40,907 nt of DNA from a virus. This document shows positions 27,179 to 35,144 of this stretch, in pieces. Each line of letters opens with the position of its first letter. Position 1 is the stretch's first letter. The position numbers and the translations under genes were made by a program. The stretch is from positions 1-40,907 of IMG/VR virus record IMGVR_UViG_3300045988_157868. One strand, 5' to 3'. The notes under the pieces were generated by a model. That model was not told where the DNA came from. It did not search any database and saw only the letters and a program-made list of their open reading frames with translations.

Positions 27179-27380
27179 TCGCCCATGACAGTGCTTGCTC
27201 TAGGTGCGTGATAGCTAGCTCACGCTCACGACAGTCCGGTGCGATCGCCGCCACACGATGCGCCGCCGCCTGCATACTAGCGCGAACCTTAATGCAGTCT
27301 TCGCACTGGTCGTCGGTGCCTTCGTGATACCGGAAGCGACGATCAATCTCCTGCTGGATACTCTTCGCTTGTGATCCCAT
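27126..27380 (-). CDS. Conserved-looking small phage protein of unknown function
   Basis: 84 aa from ATG 27380 (MGSQAKS), preceded by GGAGGAGG. Motif FRYHEG...RERELAITHLEQALSWAIAAI. Confidence 0.5.
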   Translation of the reverse strand: MGSQAKSIQQEIDRRFRYHEGTDDQCEDCIKVRASMQAAAHRVAAIAPDCRERELAITHLEQALSWAIAAIVRPPQGGAADGVA

Positions 27381-27450
27381 GATCCCCTCCTCCCCAACCC
27401 TAGGCATGACTAAACCCCTAGGTGTTTACCCAGGGGTTCCGAACGCCAGT

Positions 27451-28110
27451 TTACACCACTGCGTGTCCCACACCAAAGGATACTGAACCGCGCATCGCCC
27501 CGGCACGCGCCAGCACATCACCGAGCCGTACCAGCGTGCCGCCATCATCGTCCTTTGTGGTGGCCACTTTCCCCGACTGCGCCCACCGATAGACAGTCGT
27601 GCGCGACACCGGCGCTCCAGTCTGCTTAGCCCACGACGCCGCCACTTGGCACGTCGCCCACTCCGGCGGGGTTGGTTCCTCTCCCCCGCTGTCGGGCTCC
27701 ACCACAGACGCCACCATGCGCGCCTGGGCAATCACTTCTTCCGCCATCATCTCACCCCACGGCGCGCCATCTGCCACATCCAGATACCGCTGCAACCACG
27801 CAGCAGTAGCCGTAATCCCCTCAGGCACCGGGCCTACAACACCATCACCACACGCCAACACCTCCGACGCCCAGAACCCCAACAGGCATTCTGTCTGAAC
27901 CAACAGATCCAGCACCGTGAGGTTTACCGGAGGCTTTGAGCAACACACCGCGCGCCCCAGAGTATCAGTGGTGCCACTCCCGCGGTGAAAGGTAAGAAGT
28001 TCTTCTAGCCCGTCACCATCCTTCTCTAATGAGTACAGGGACCTTCCTAACTCATGAAGCAGATAATCATCCACCCTAATTTCCTCTCTTTTAAATAGGT
28101 CATCCCGCAA
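27451..28110 (-). CDS. Protein with C-terminal helix-turn-helix (MerR/excisionase-like) DNA-binding region; possible late regulator
   Basis: About 207-219 aa. C-terminal ATCQVAASWAKQTGAPVSRTTVYRWAQSGKV. Start uncertain (TTG 28110 without SD, or GTG 28074 after AGAGGA). Confidence 0.5.
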   Translation of the reverse strand: MRDDLFKREEIRVDDYLLHELGRSLYSLEKDGDGLEELLTFHRGSGTTDTLGRAVCCSKPPVNLTVLDLLVQTECLLGFWASEVLACGDGVVGPVPEGITATAAWLQRYLDVADGAPWGEMMAEEVIAQARMVASVVEPDSGGEEPTPPEWATCQVAASWAKQTGAPVSRTTVYRWAQSGKVATTKDDDGGTLVRLGDVLARAGAMRGSVSFGVGHAVV

Positions 28111-28609
28111 TAGGTTTGTAGTCTACTCACCGCCCCTGCCACCTCACGGCTCTACCCGACCCGCCCCGACCCGGCAAACCCAGATCCGTCACCCTATCTT
28201 CCTGGTCTTGATCTAGGTCTGGACCAGATTCGGACCAGGTTTTACCATTTCGTTATAAATTAGGGTAAAAGAAAACCCGGGCTAGACCCGGGCCCTTCTA
28301 GGTGCACATATGCACCGCTATTGGCAAAATTTGGTAAATCTTCCTATCCTAAAAGCAGCTCATCCACCATGCGTGGAAGGAGTATCCGAGGCCGTTTGCT
28401 TACAAGCGGCCTCTGCTTTATCCTTATCGCGGCTAACAAGAAAACATCTAACAACAGTCGCGGCACACTTCCACCCGTGGCTATCGCATGGCTAAACACC
28501 AACCCACCTGACCGCACGCACGCCGACTACCCGCCCCAGCCCTGCTGAAGCGGGTAACCAATGCCTCCTGCACCACCTACCTTTCTTGAACGCTCAAGCC
28601 ATCAGCTTC

Positions 28610-29749
28610 TTACTTCCGCTTCCCGCGCTTACGCCACCGCCGCCCACGACGCCGCAACTTACCTGGCTGACTGTCATGATTCCCACTCGGCATGCCCAGC
28701 GCGTTACCATTCCGCCTCCGCTCTTCCAAAGGCGGCCCCGGAGGGTTCTTCTCTCCCATTGTTACCGCTTCCGCGGCAGTCGGCGACGCGCCCATATCAT
28801 TACTGTCTTCGGGGTCATCCGCGAAATCCATCATCCCCGACGGCACCCACCCCGCCGGGGGTTCCTCCCCGGAAACCCAATCAGGCGCCGCCTCTAGCGG
28901 ATCATCAAACCCCTGTACGGGACCAGCGACCGCACTGGGCGCTTGCGGCACCGCATCATAACGCCTAGCGGCCTTAGGCTCATCCGCCTGAGCAGCCTTG
29001 CTTTGCTGTGGGGATTGCCGTTTAGCGCGCCGGGATCGCTCTTGCTCTTGCCTCTGCTGTGCCTGCTTCTTACGCTCGTCCTTAGAAACCACATGAATGC
29101 CGTGGTCTTTTGCGTACCGTGACTCATTAATGAAAGCAATGCTGTGTTTATTGTAATGTACTTCCTCAGGCGTGGGCGGGTCCCGAAGCTCCTTAACCTC
29201 ACCCGCGCCACGAGCACTATTACACGAATAACAAGCAACCACTAGTGTTTCCGGCGTCGAATCCCGGTGACCGTTAAGCGAATCATAAGTACCCCGCCGA
29301 CCGCTCCTCCGGTCACGCCAATCCACACTTCCCCCACACCACCGGCACTGATCCCCATCACGAATCCTCACCTTCATCAGCAAATCAACATTGTGCTTAT
29401 CCCGATTGCGACGCCGGTCCAACTCAACTTCTTCCCTCGATCGCATGTGGAAAAGCTCCCGATCATCAACCAGCCGAAGCGCCGGATACCCCTCAGGGCC
29501 TTCCTCCTGGAAAAGCAACCCTGCACCGCACAACATCTCCAGCATGATGTCTTCCCTCCCCGGCGCGACCTGATAGAGCGACCCGTACCCAATCCAGTAG
29601 TCTGTCATGTGCGCTGCCGCGATGATTGCAAGTTGCGCTAGCGCACCGACGGCTTCGTTCTTCAGCTGGTGATTCCCCTTACATACTTCCAGCAGGCGAA
29701 TCATGAGCGGGTGGGTAATAAGGGTGTCTCCCATACGGAGCCAAGGCAT
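28610..29749 (-). CDS. HNH-like zinc-finger domain protein with long charged, disordered C-terminus
   Basis: 379 aa from ATG 29749 (MPWLRMG), after AAAGGTGA. RDGDQCRWCGG...VVACYSCNSARG. Basic/acidic low-complexity tail ending RRRGRRWRKRGKRK. Confidence 0.5.
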   Translation of the reverse strand: MPWLRMGDTLITHPLMIRLLEVCKGNHQLKNEAVGALAQLAIIAAAHMTDYWIGYGSLYQVAPGREDIMLEMLCGAGLLFQEEGPEGYPALRLVDDRELFHMRSREEVELDRRRNRDKHNVDLLMKVRIRDGDQCRWCGGSVDWRDRRSGRRGTYDSLNGHRDSTPETLVVACYSCNSARGAGEVKELRDPPTPEEVHYNKHSIAFINESRYAKDHGIHVVSKDERKKQAQQRQEQERSRRAKRQSPQQSKAAQADEPKAARRYDAVPQAPSAVAGPVQGFDDPLEAAPDWVSGEEPPAGWVPSGMMDFADDPEDSNDMGASPTAAEAVTMGEKNPPGPPLEERRRNGNALGMPSGNHDSQPGKLRRRGRRWRKRGKRK

Positions 29750-29774
29750 AATTTTCACCTTTCTTTTTAAATCT

Positions 29775-29815
29775 CAAAAATATAAACGCGCGCAACACAA
29801 ACCATCACGCGCGTT
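29775..29815 (-). terminator. Rho-independent terminator after the WhiB-like gene
   Basis: On the minus strand, AACGCGCG...CGCGCGTT (8-bp stem, 29785-29815) is followed by TATATTTTTGAGATTT. Confidence 0.6.
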
Positions 29816-29830
29816 CCTGTTGTGCTGCGC

Positions 29831-30367
29831 CTAGGCAGCGGGTTTACGGGCACTCACCCGACGACGCCGAGTGCGACGCACGGGTTGCGCTTTCCTAGCG
29901 GCACGAGCCGCCCTTGAGTGTCCCTGATAGCAACGGTTACATAACCCTTCTCCCATGTGGTGTTGTTTATATTGATACGGTGTATGACAGCACCTCTTCC
30001 GCGCATGGGCTGCTACTAGGGCTTGCGGGTCCATAGGCCCACCACACCACCTACAGCACAGCTGATAGGGATCGCTACTAGTTAGCGGTTGGGGGCGATC
30101 CGAATACCGGCCGGCAACCACACCGGCAACTCGTACCCCACGCCACTCACAGTCCGATAGCATCCGCTCACAAGCCTCAAGCAACGGACACTGCGCACAT
30201 AAGAGTTTGGCCTGCTGGTGGCGCTTCCGCATACGCGCCACCGGCTCACCCGCCGCAGCCGGATCCCACAGACTCGGCGCATGCGGGTTCGCCTGCATAT
30301 CACGCTGCTGACAGATACCCAGCTCGGCATCACCACCACACGGCAACATCCCACCAGTCATACTCAT
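29831..30367 (-). CDS. WhiB-like transcription factor with C-terminal Cys-rich (zinc-ribbon-like) extension
   Basis: 178 aa. Cys pattern LPCGG...(about 50 aa)...LCAQCPLLEAC (WhiB-type C...CxxC.....C). An extra CCRWCGG...CCH...CNRC follows. Confidence 0.65.
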   Translation of the reverse strand: MSMTGGMLPCGGDAELGICQQRDMQANPHAPSLWDPAAAGEPVARMRKRHQQAKLLCAQCPLLEACERMLSDCEWRGVRVAGVVAGRYSDRPQPLTSSDPYQLCCRWCGGPMDPQALVAAHARKRCCHTPYQYKQHHMGEGLCNRCYQGHSRAARAARKAQPVRRTRRRRVSARKPAA

Positions 30368-31212
30368 ACCGCACCACCCGTGGGATTCGAGCGCGCTAAC
30401 CGCACCCGCGCTTTCTGGGGCTTCGCCCCATCAATCACCGTGTCGTACTCAAAACCATCACCATCACGCACCACGCCCGCCGACCCCATATCAGCTTCCG
30501 CCCCAACGTTAGACCCCTCCGGGGCCGCGCCGGGAAGCCCCGGAAGGGGCTCCTGCACGCCGCGGTCAGCAGGCACAAAGGAATACGACTCGAACATGCC
30601 CTTCAGCACAACGTATACCCTGGCGCGGTGGCGTTGGGTTGCGAGCGGCACCGGGGTGATATCTGTATCAAACTGCCGCGCTGCAGCACCCAGCGCGGCA
30701 GCCTGGGCGGCAGTGAACATGATCGGCTCACCCACCTCCCCGACGCGGTCGTTTGAGCAAACCTTAGCCTCGGCACGCACCCGGTCGAACAGCTGCGCCG
30801 TGTCCGTGGTGAAAGCCGAATCAGCCCGCGCCGCGGTCACCTCTGTCAGGTCACCACAGGTGCCGGAAAGGTCCTGAAGTTGGACTTCCTCATCACGGAT
30901 GAAGATAGCAGCCCTTGCGTCGTCTTCTTCCTTATCCGGCTTCAATTTCAGAAACAGCTTGGCGCTAGCCGTGGTGATTTCCACCACCCGGTGAGCCTCT
31001 TGCACATCATCAAAATAGGCACTCACATAGGCCTGAACCACATGCTGGGGGTTCGCAGCAACCACCAGCAGGCTCCCTGCGTAGGTGATAAGACGCACCA
31101 CATCATAGATTTCCGGCTTCCGCTCTGTCACCCCGACCACTGCGCGGATAGCACGCTGCAACTCCCTAATATCAACAATGATCTTCGACCGTGCTGGCAG
31201 CTTCTCAGGCAT
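30364..31212 (-). CDS. Hypothetical early protein (weak sliding-clamp-like pattern)
   Basis: 282 aa from ATG 31212 (MPEKLP), after GGGGAG. The N-terminal region IIVDIRELQRAIRAVVGV...LLVVAANPQ loosely resembles DnaN-type domain organisation. Confidence 0.4.
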   Translation of the reverse strand: MPEKLPARSKIIVDIRELQRAIRAVVGVTERKPEIYDVVRLITYAGSLLVVAANPQHVVQAYVSAYFDDVQEAHRVVEITTASAKLFLKLKPDKEEDDARAAIFIRDEEVQLQDLSGTCGDLTEVTAARADSAFTTDTAQLFDRVRAEAKVCSNDRVGEVGEPIMFTAAQAAALGAAARQFDTDITPVPLATQRHRARVYVVLKGMFESYSFVPADRGVQEPLPGLPGAAPEGSNVGAEADMGSAGVVRDGDGFEYDTVIDGAKPQKARVRLARSNPTGGAV

Positions 31213-31693
31213 GATCGCTCCCCGTTCCGGCATCGGAACCAGCAGCCACAGCGCTAGCCCCGGTGATCTCCCGCAGCTTCGCGGTCACCGCACCCATCCG
31301 GGTAATCAACTCAGTCAATGCTGGTGCCGAAGTCGCTGCGGCACCGGACCCCGCCACCAAATCCGCCACTTCCAGAACTTTCTCCCGAGCATTTTCTGCA
31401 AGCCCACTCAGCTCATCCCAATCACGAGAATGCACCGCATCAGCCAACTGCTGCTCCAGCTGGCGATTTTCGATGCGCAAGGACTCCCGATCACGCTTTA
31501 CTCGATCCAACTCAGTATGCAGCTTATTGATCCGGTCCGTGGCATCCACCGCCTTATGCAGCGCATCCAACGATGCCGAACGATCCATCAGCTTTTTAAT
31601 TACTTCCTGCTGCCACGCCATAGTGCGCTCCATACCGCTCCAGGCGCCGTTGAGGCTCTGTAGTAACTCCTGATCTAATCTTGGCGCAGCCAT
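31205..31693 (-). CDS. Hypothetical coiled-coil early protein
   Basis: 162-aa ORF with heptad-like Leu/Glu/Arg-rich sequence, packed in the early operon. Confidence 0.5.
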   Translation of the reverse strand: MAAPRLDQELLQSLNGAWSGMERTMAWQQEVIKKLMDRSASLDALHKAVDATDRINKLHTELDRVKRDRESLRIENRQLEQQLADAVHSRDWDELSGLAENAREKVLEVADLVAGSGAAATSAPALTELITRMGAVTAKLREITGASAVAAGSDAGTGSDHA

Positions 31694-32007
31694 ACCGTTA
31701 CGCCCTCCTTTCGAACCAACGCGGCCTCCCGGATAGCATCAAGGAAAGGCTGATCCAATGCCTGAATCTCCGGTGTGAGCTCCTCAAAAGGCACCAACGC
31801 AGGATGGTCCGGCCGGGCAGCAGACGCCCAAGCCGCCCACGCATCATGTACATCCTCCAGCTGCGTATCGACGCCCTTCGCACGCATCAGCAGCGCATAC
31901 GTGTAGAACAGTGGCAGCTGCTCCTTGGTGATTTCGTCGTCGATCTCCTCAGGAAGACAAGACACAACCAGTGCCGCATCCGCCTCAAGATAGTTAAGAT
32001 TCGTCAT
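31675..32007 (-). CDS. Hypothetical early protein (possible RyR-domain-like motif)
   Basis: 110 aa. VHDAWAAWASAARPDHPALVPFEELTPEIQALDQPF loosely resembles the H..W...HP.LVP[FY]..L motif of bacterial/phage RyR domains. Confidence 0.4.
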   Translation of the reverse strand: MTNLNYLEADAALVVSCLPEEIDDEITKEQLPLFYTYALLMRAKGVDTQLEDVHDAWAAWASAARPDHPALVPFEELTPEIQALDQPFLDAIREAALVRKEGVTVWLRQD

Positions 32008-32303
32008 TATGCAGCCTCCAGTGCCAACCGGCGGGGCGGCCGAGTAGCGGTCCGCACTAACGCCATATATCGTTCCTGCTGGGCCGCAACCAGTTTCATG
32101 TGGGCGTACGCCACCGCATCACCCCAGCTACGGAACGAGGCGATGAGCTCCCCGCCCCACAAAACTTCCCACAAATCCGGGTACGACTGGCCGGTGAAAG
32201 CACCGAAAACGCCGATTCGCTCCACACCCGGCCGCAGCCAGATCCGCAGCTTCAATTGCAGCTGGCTCATGATTGTTTTCCCTTTATCAATCTCGGTCAT
32301 CAT
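32007..32303 (-). CDS. Hypothetical early protein
   Basis: 98-aa ORF with a 1-nt stop/start overlap with the downstream gene. Confidence 0.45.
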   Translation of the reverse strand: MMTEIDKGKTIMSQLQLKLRIWLRPGVERIGVFGAFTGQSYPDLWEVLWGGELIASFRSWGDAVAYAHMKLVAAQQERYMALVRTATRPPRRLALEAA

Positions 32304-32341
32304 TTCCTTCTTTCATTTCAATTGCGCCACAGCGATAGTTG

Positions 32342-32530
32342 TTAGTCACCACCGCGGAGCACATGCTTACCAATCACGGTGATCGCACCGTCCTCGTCGA
32401 TGTAGCCCATGCTCAGCATCGCCCGACGCCCAGCAGCGGTCATTTTCTTCCCCGCAGCGTGACGGCGTAACGACTTATACGCCAGGTGGGCCTCGTAGGT
32501 GGTAGACTGCCCGATACGTTTCCAGGACAT
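32342..32530 (-). CDS. Hypothetical small basic protein
   Basis: 62-aa ORF in the early operon orientation. Confidence 0.4.
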   Translation of the reverse strand: MSWKRIGQSTTYEAHLAYKSLRRHAAGKKMTAAGRRAMLSMGYIDEDGAITVIGKHVLRGGD

Positions 32531-32630
32531 TTCTTTTCCTTTCTCTGGTCTTGGGAATGTGTTTTATGCAGTCCCCCGCCTTCCCCAGCGGGGGACCAAA
32601 ATTATCAATAGGGGTTTGTGGAGCCGGCGG

Positions 32631-33332
32631 CTACGTGAACAAGCGAGTCAGCGTGGCGAACTTTTCAGCCGGAATCGCTTCAAAGAAGATGTCACCGTCG
32701 AAGATGCACGCATCCCAACCCTCACGGACGACACGGAAACCATCAACATGCATGGTGATAAGCCCGGTATCCTCCAGGACGAACAACTGGCGCATCTCCT
32801 CGAACCGCTCCTCCGGCACCCGGAACAGCTCACGCTCACCGCGGGTGAAGACCACCCCATCATCGACGCGCTCAGCGACGGTCCAATCAAAAAGCTTTCC
32901 CAGGTACACGCGCGTGGTGCTATCCTCCACGTCACCGATTTCAGGGCAGTCACCTACCCGCTCAGCCGGCGGCTCACCCTGTTCAGCAAGCAATGCCGCT
33001 TCTTCCTCAGCCGCTGCCGCAGCCAAAGATGCCTCATGCTCAGCTTTCCATTCTGGCGTGTCCATGTCGGCGGCAACCTCTTTAATAAGATCCCGCATGA
33101 GGTTGCCCATTAACTGTGGTTTATCCTCATTATCAGGCTGCTGATCTGCATCATCCACTGTCTGCGCCCCACGTAGCCGAATCTGAATCCCCTCATCCGT
33201 GGCCACCAAATCAATTGTGCAATCCTGATCGGTGTCCGCGTGCAGGTGCAAATGGAACTGGATAGGGGCGCCATCGCTCACTGGGATGCTCATATCAACC
33301 ACACCAGCCCCCAAATCCGCACTACTCATCAT
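32631..33332 (-). CDS. Hypothetical acidic early protein
   Basis: 233 aa from ATGATG at 33332, preceded by GAAAGGA. The longer track ORF runs through the tRNA-like element and is rejected. Confidence 0.5.
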   Translation of the reverse strand: MMSSADLGAGVVDMSIPVSDGAPIQFHLHLHADTDQDCTIDLVATDEGIQIRLRGAQTVDDADQQPDNEDKPQLMGNLMRDLIKEVAADMDTPEWKAEHEASLAAAAAEEEAALLAEQGEPPAERVGDCPEIGDVEDSTTRVYLGKLFDWTVAERVDDGVVFTRGERELFRVPEERFEEMRQLFVLEDTGLITMHVDGFRVVREGWDACIFDGDIFFEAIPAEKFATLTRLFT

Positions 33333-33381
33333 TGTTATTCCTTTCTCTTGAAGAGGTTTACGCACCACACCTCGTGGTGCT

Positions 33382-33452
33382 TGGTGCCCATGGCGGGGGT
33401 CGAACCCGCAGCATCCATATGAAGCCCGGAAGGATGCGGCCATTTCATGGGC
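33382..33452 (-). ncRNA. tRNA-like element: 7-bp acceptor stem, canonical T-arm and CCA end, with a non-canonical body
   Basis: On the minus strand: GCCCATG-AAATGGCC-GCATCC(15-nt loop)GGATGC-T-GCGGG-TTCGACC-CCCGC-CATGGGC-A-CCA. It lies in an intergenic gap and is followed by hairpin GCACCAC-GAGGT-GTGGTGC. Confidence 0.45.
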
Positions 33453-33496
33453 CTGGTGCCGGATAACCCGCCGGCAGCGGGGCTGAGATAGCCTGT

Positions 33497-33676
33497 CTAA
33501 ATGCGATAGGTGTTGCGCTCCACCAGCTCCTCCACCTCCGCACGGATATACAAAATCTTTTGCCTTGAAAGTCGGATCCGAGACAGTCGCCCCTCCCTGG
33601 CATAGCGCTGCAACGTGCGGGTTGAAATCCGCAGATACTCCGCGGCTTCCCGGGTTGACATATAACGCGACGCCAT
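33497..33676 (-). CDS. Excisionase-family (HTH_17-type) DNA-binding protein, 59 aa (below the ORF-track cutoff)
   Basis: MASRYMSTREAAEYLRISTRTLQRYAREGRLSRIRLSRQKILYIRAEVEELVERNTYRI. ATG 33676 is in a TAATG overlap with the upstream stop. Confidence 0.65.
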   Translation of the reverse strand: MASRYMSTREAAEYLRISTRTLQRYAREGRLSRIRLSRQKILYIRAEVEELVERNTYRI

Positions 33677-34272
33677 TAGGAGACTTCCTGATCCTGCTTT
33701 ACGACGGCACCATGCCCCTCACTGTGGTACTCCTTAAGCGACCCCACCAACAGCTCAATAGCAATAATTAAGCCGGAAATGTACTCATTTGGAACACCAG
33801 CCGTAACACACTTCCAAGGCCCCAGTAGCCCATGAAAATAGTGCACCAACTGGCCATAAACCCGGATACGATCAACAAGTGGTCGTTGCTGGCAAAAATA
33901 AGCAATTCGACGCACAGTATCAACGCTCAACTCAACAACAGACCAACCCAAGCGGTTACTGTTCAGTTTGACACCGCGACCGGAAGTCATCCCATCCTTG
34001 GTGAGCGATAGCGCAGTCGCGTACTCAAAATCCATATCGACCACAGCACCATCACGAAGTAAAGTGTTCTCGGTTTTCGTGGCATACTCCAGAATCGTGT
34101 CGATCAAACGAGCAAAACCCTCTTCTTCATCAAGCCAATCCGCTGGAACAGTCTTGCCTTCAGGCTTGGGATAATGCCAATCATGAGAATGCTTAGCAGC
34201 ATCCGCCAGATACCGCTCAGCAATCGCAACCGCCACGGAATCATTAACCTCTGTCATTTCTTCTACTTCCAC
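33676..34272 (-). CDS. Hypothetical early protein
   Basis: 198-aa ORF. Start ambiguous (GTG 34272 or ATG 34257). Confidence 0.5.
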   Translation of the reverse strand: MEVEEMTEVNDSVAVAIAERYLADAAKHSHDWHYPKPEGKTVPADWLDEEEGFARLIDTILEYATKTENTLLRDGAVVDMDFEYATALSLTKDGMTSGRGVKLNSNRLGWSVVELSVDTVRRIAYFCQQRPLVDRIRVYGQLVHYFHGLLGPWKCVTAGVPNEYISGLIIAIELLVGSLKEYHSEGHGAVVKQDQEVS

Positions 34273-34334
34273 TTACTTTCTCTCGGGGGTTATCCTTCCC
34301 CTAGGGCCGCTCACCCTGGGAAGGAGGTGACTAC

Positions 34335-34547
34335 ATGTACATGCAAATCAAATACGCGGGGTCGTTTTTCTCTTTTAAAGTTGACGAGGGGAACAAAGAA
34401 GCTATTGAAGGACTGCTTCAAGGAGCGTTCCCAGGGATCGTGACTTTCAAGACTCCGAATGGAACCACTGTCTCGCTCAATTTCAGTGAAAATATTCCAT
34501 TCTTCTTCGAAATTTCCGATACCCCACGTAACGATTGGCCAATCTAG
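34335..34547 (+). CDS. Small plus-strand hypothetical protein embedded in the minus-strand early region
   Basis: 70 aa. Strong SD GGAAGGAGGTG 6 nt before the ATG. AT-rich. Followed by a 12-bp-stem hairpin. Confidence 0.55.
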   Translation: MYMQIKYAGSFFSFKVDEGNKEAIEGLLQGAFPGIVTFKTPNGTTVSLNFSENIPFFFEISDTPRNDWPI

Positions 34548-34550
34548 GAT

Positions 34551-34580
34551 CCGTGAGGGACAGTAAAGCCTGTCCCTCAC
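34551..34580. terminator. Bidirectional hairpin between convergent genes
   Basis: CGTGAGGGACAG-taaagc-CTGTCCCTCACG (12-bp stem). Overlaps the stop codon of the 34577-35101 gene. Confidence 0.55.
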
Positions 34581-35101
34581 GCGGTAAACCACGTATTAAT
34601 CACCAATCCCGGCCGGTTATTGACCACCGTCGCCAAGAACTTCGCGTCAGCGGTACTCAGCCACAGGCGTTGTTCCCCGGTCTGCGGGCGGATCATCACA
34701 CCTGTCGTGGTGATCTGCACCTCTACACGAGGGTTGGACACCTCCACCAGCACATCACCCAACGCATCTTCAGAAGCGTCCTGGCCCTCAGCAGAATCCT
34801 CAGACGCCTTACCGCCCTTAGCCGTCAAGACACCAGCAAGGTAACGGTAAGCCCCGCAAACCGCCCGAACATTAGCCAACTGCCGTTCATCCAAATCCTT
34901 TTCCGACAATTGCAGTCCCGCCAAGGTCTCTTTCACCAATGCGTCAAGCCCCTGATCCTCAGGATCTTTCGCACTCTTGTTCTTCACAAAGTCACGTGCG
35001 CAAGCTCCCCGAAAAGCATCCGCCTCGTCAGCGGTGAAACCCGCCGGGGACACACCCGCAAGAACGTACACAGCCCCCTCCAAATCAATATCTGCACCCA
35101 T
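34577..35101 (-). CDS. Hypothetical early protein (second gene of the Cro-side operon)
   Basis: 174 aa from ATG 35101 (MGADIDLEG), preceded by AAAGGAG. Confidence 0.5.
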   Translation of the reverse strand: MGADIDLEGAVYVLAGVSPAGFTADEADAFRGACARDFVKNKSAKDPEDQGLDALVKETLAGLQLSEKDLDERQLANVRAVCGAYRYLAGVLTAKGGKASEDSAEGQDASEDALGDVLVEVSNPRVEVQITTTGVMIRPQTGEQRLWLSTADAKFLATVVNNRPGLVINTWFTA

Positions 35102-35144
35102 CACAATCAACTCCTTTTCTTGCTTTACGACGCCCCGGCGCGAA

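Noticed and set aside
27126-27380. Assigning the 84-aa FRYH...RERELAITHLEQALSWAIAAI protein to a named anti-defence family.
   Set aside because: The motif looks familiar from other phage genomes, but I cannot reliably recall a validated family or function. It needs a profile search, so it is left as unknown.
28310-28968. Plus-strand ORFs 28310-28495, 28321-28548, 28561-28968 and 28586-28897.
   Set aside because: They are Pro/Ser/Ala-rich low-complexity translations without SD. Some are antisense to the 382-aa ORF tail, and orientation is opposite to all neighbours.
33382-33452. Calling the tRNA-like element a bona fide tRNA gene (possible CAT or TCA anticodon).
   Set aside because: I could not draw a canonical cloverleaf. 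There is no D-arm. No 5-bp anticodon stem closes a 7-nt loop. Candidate loops violate U33 or purine-37. It is kept only as a tRNA-like ncRNA candidate.
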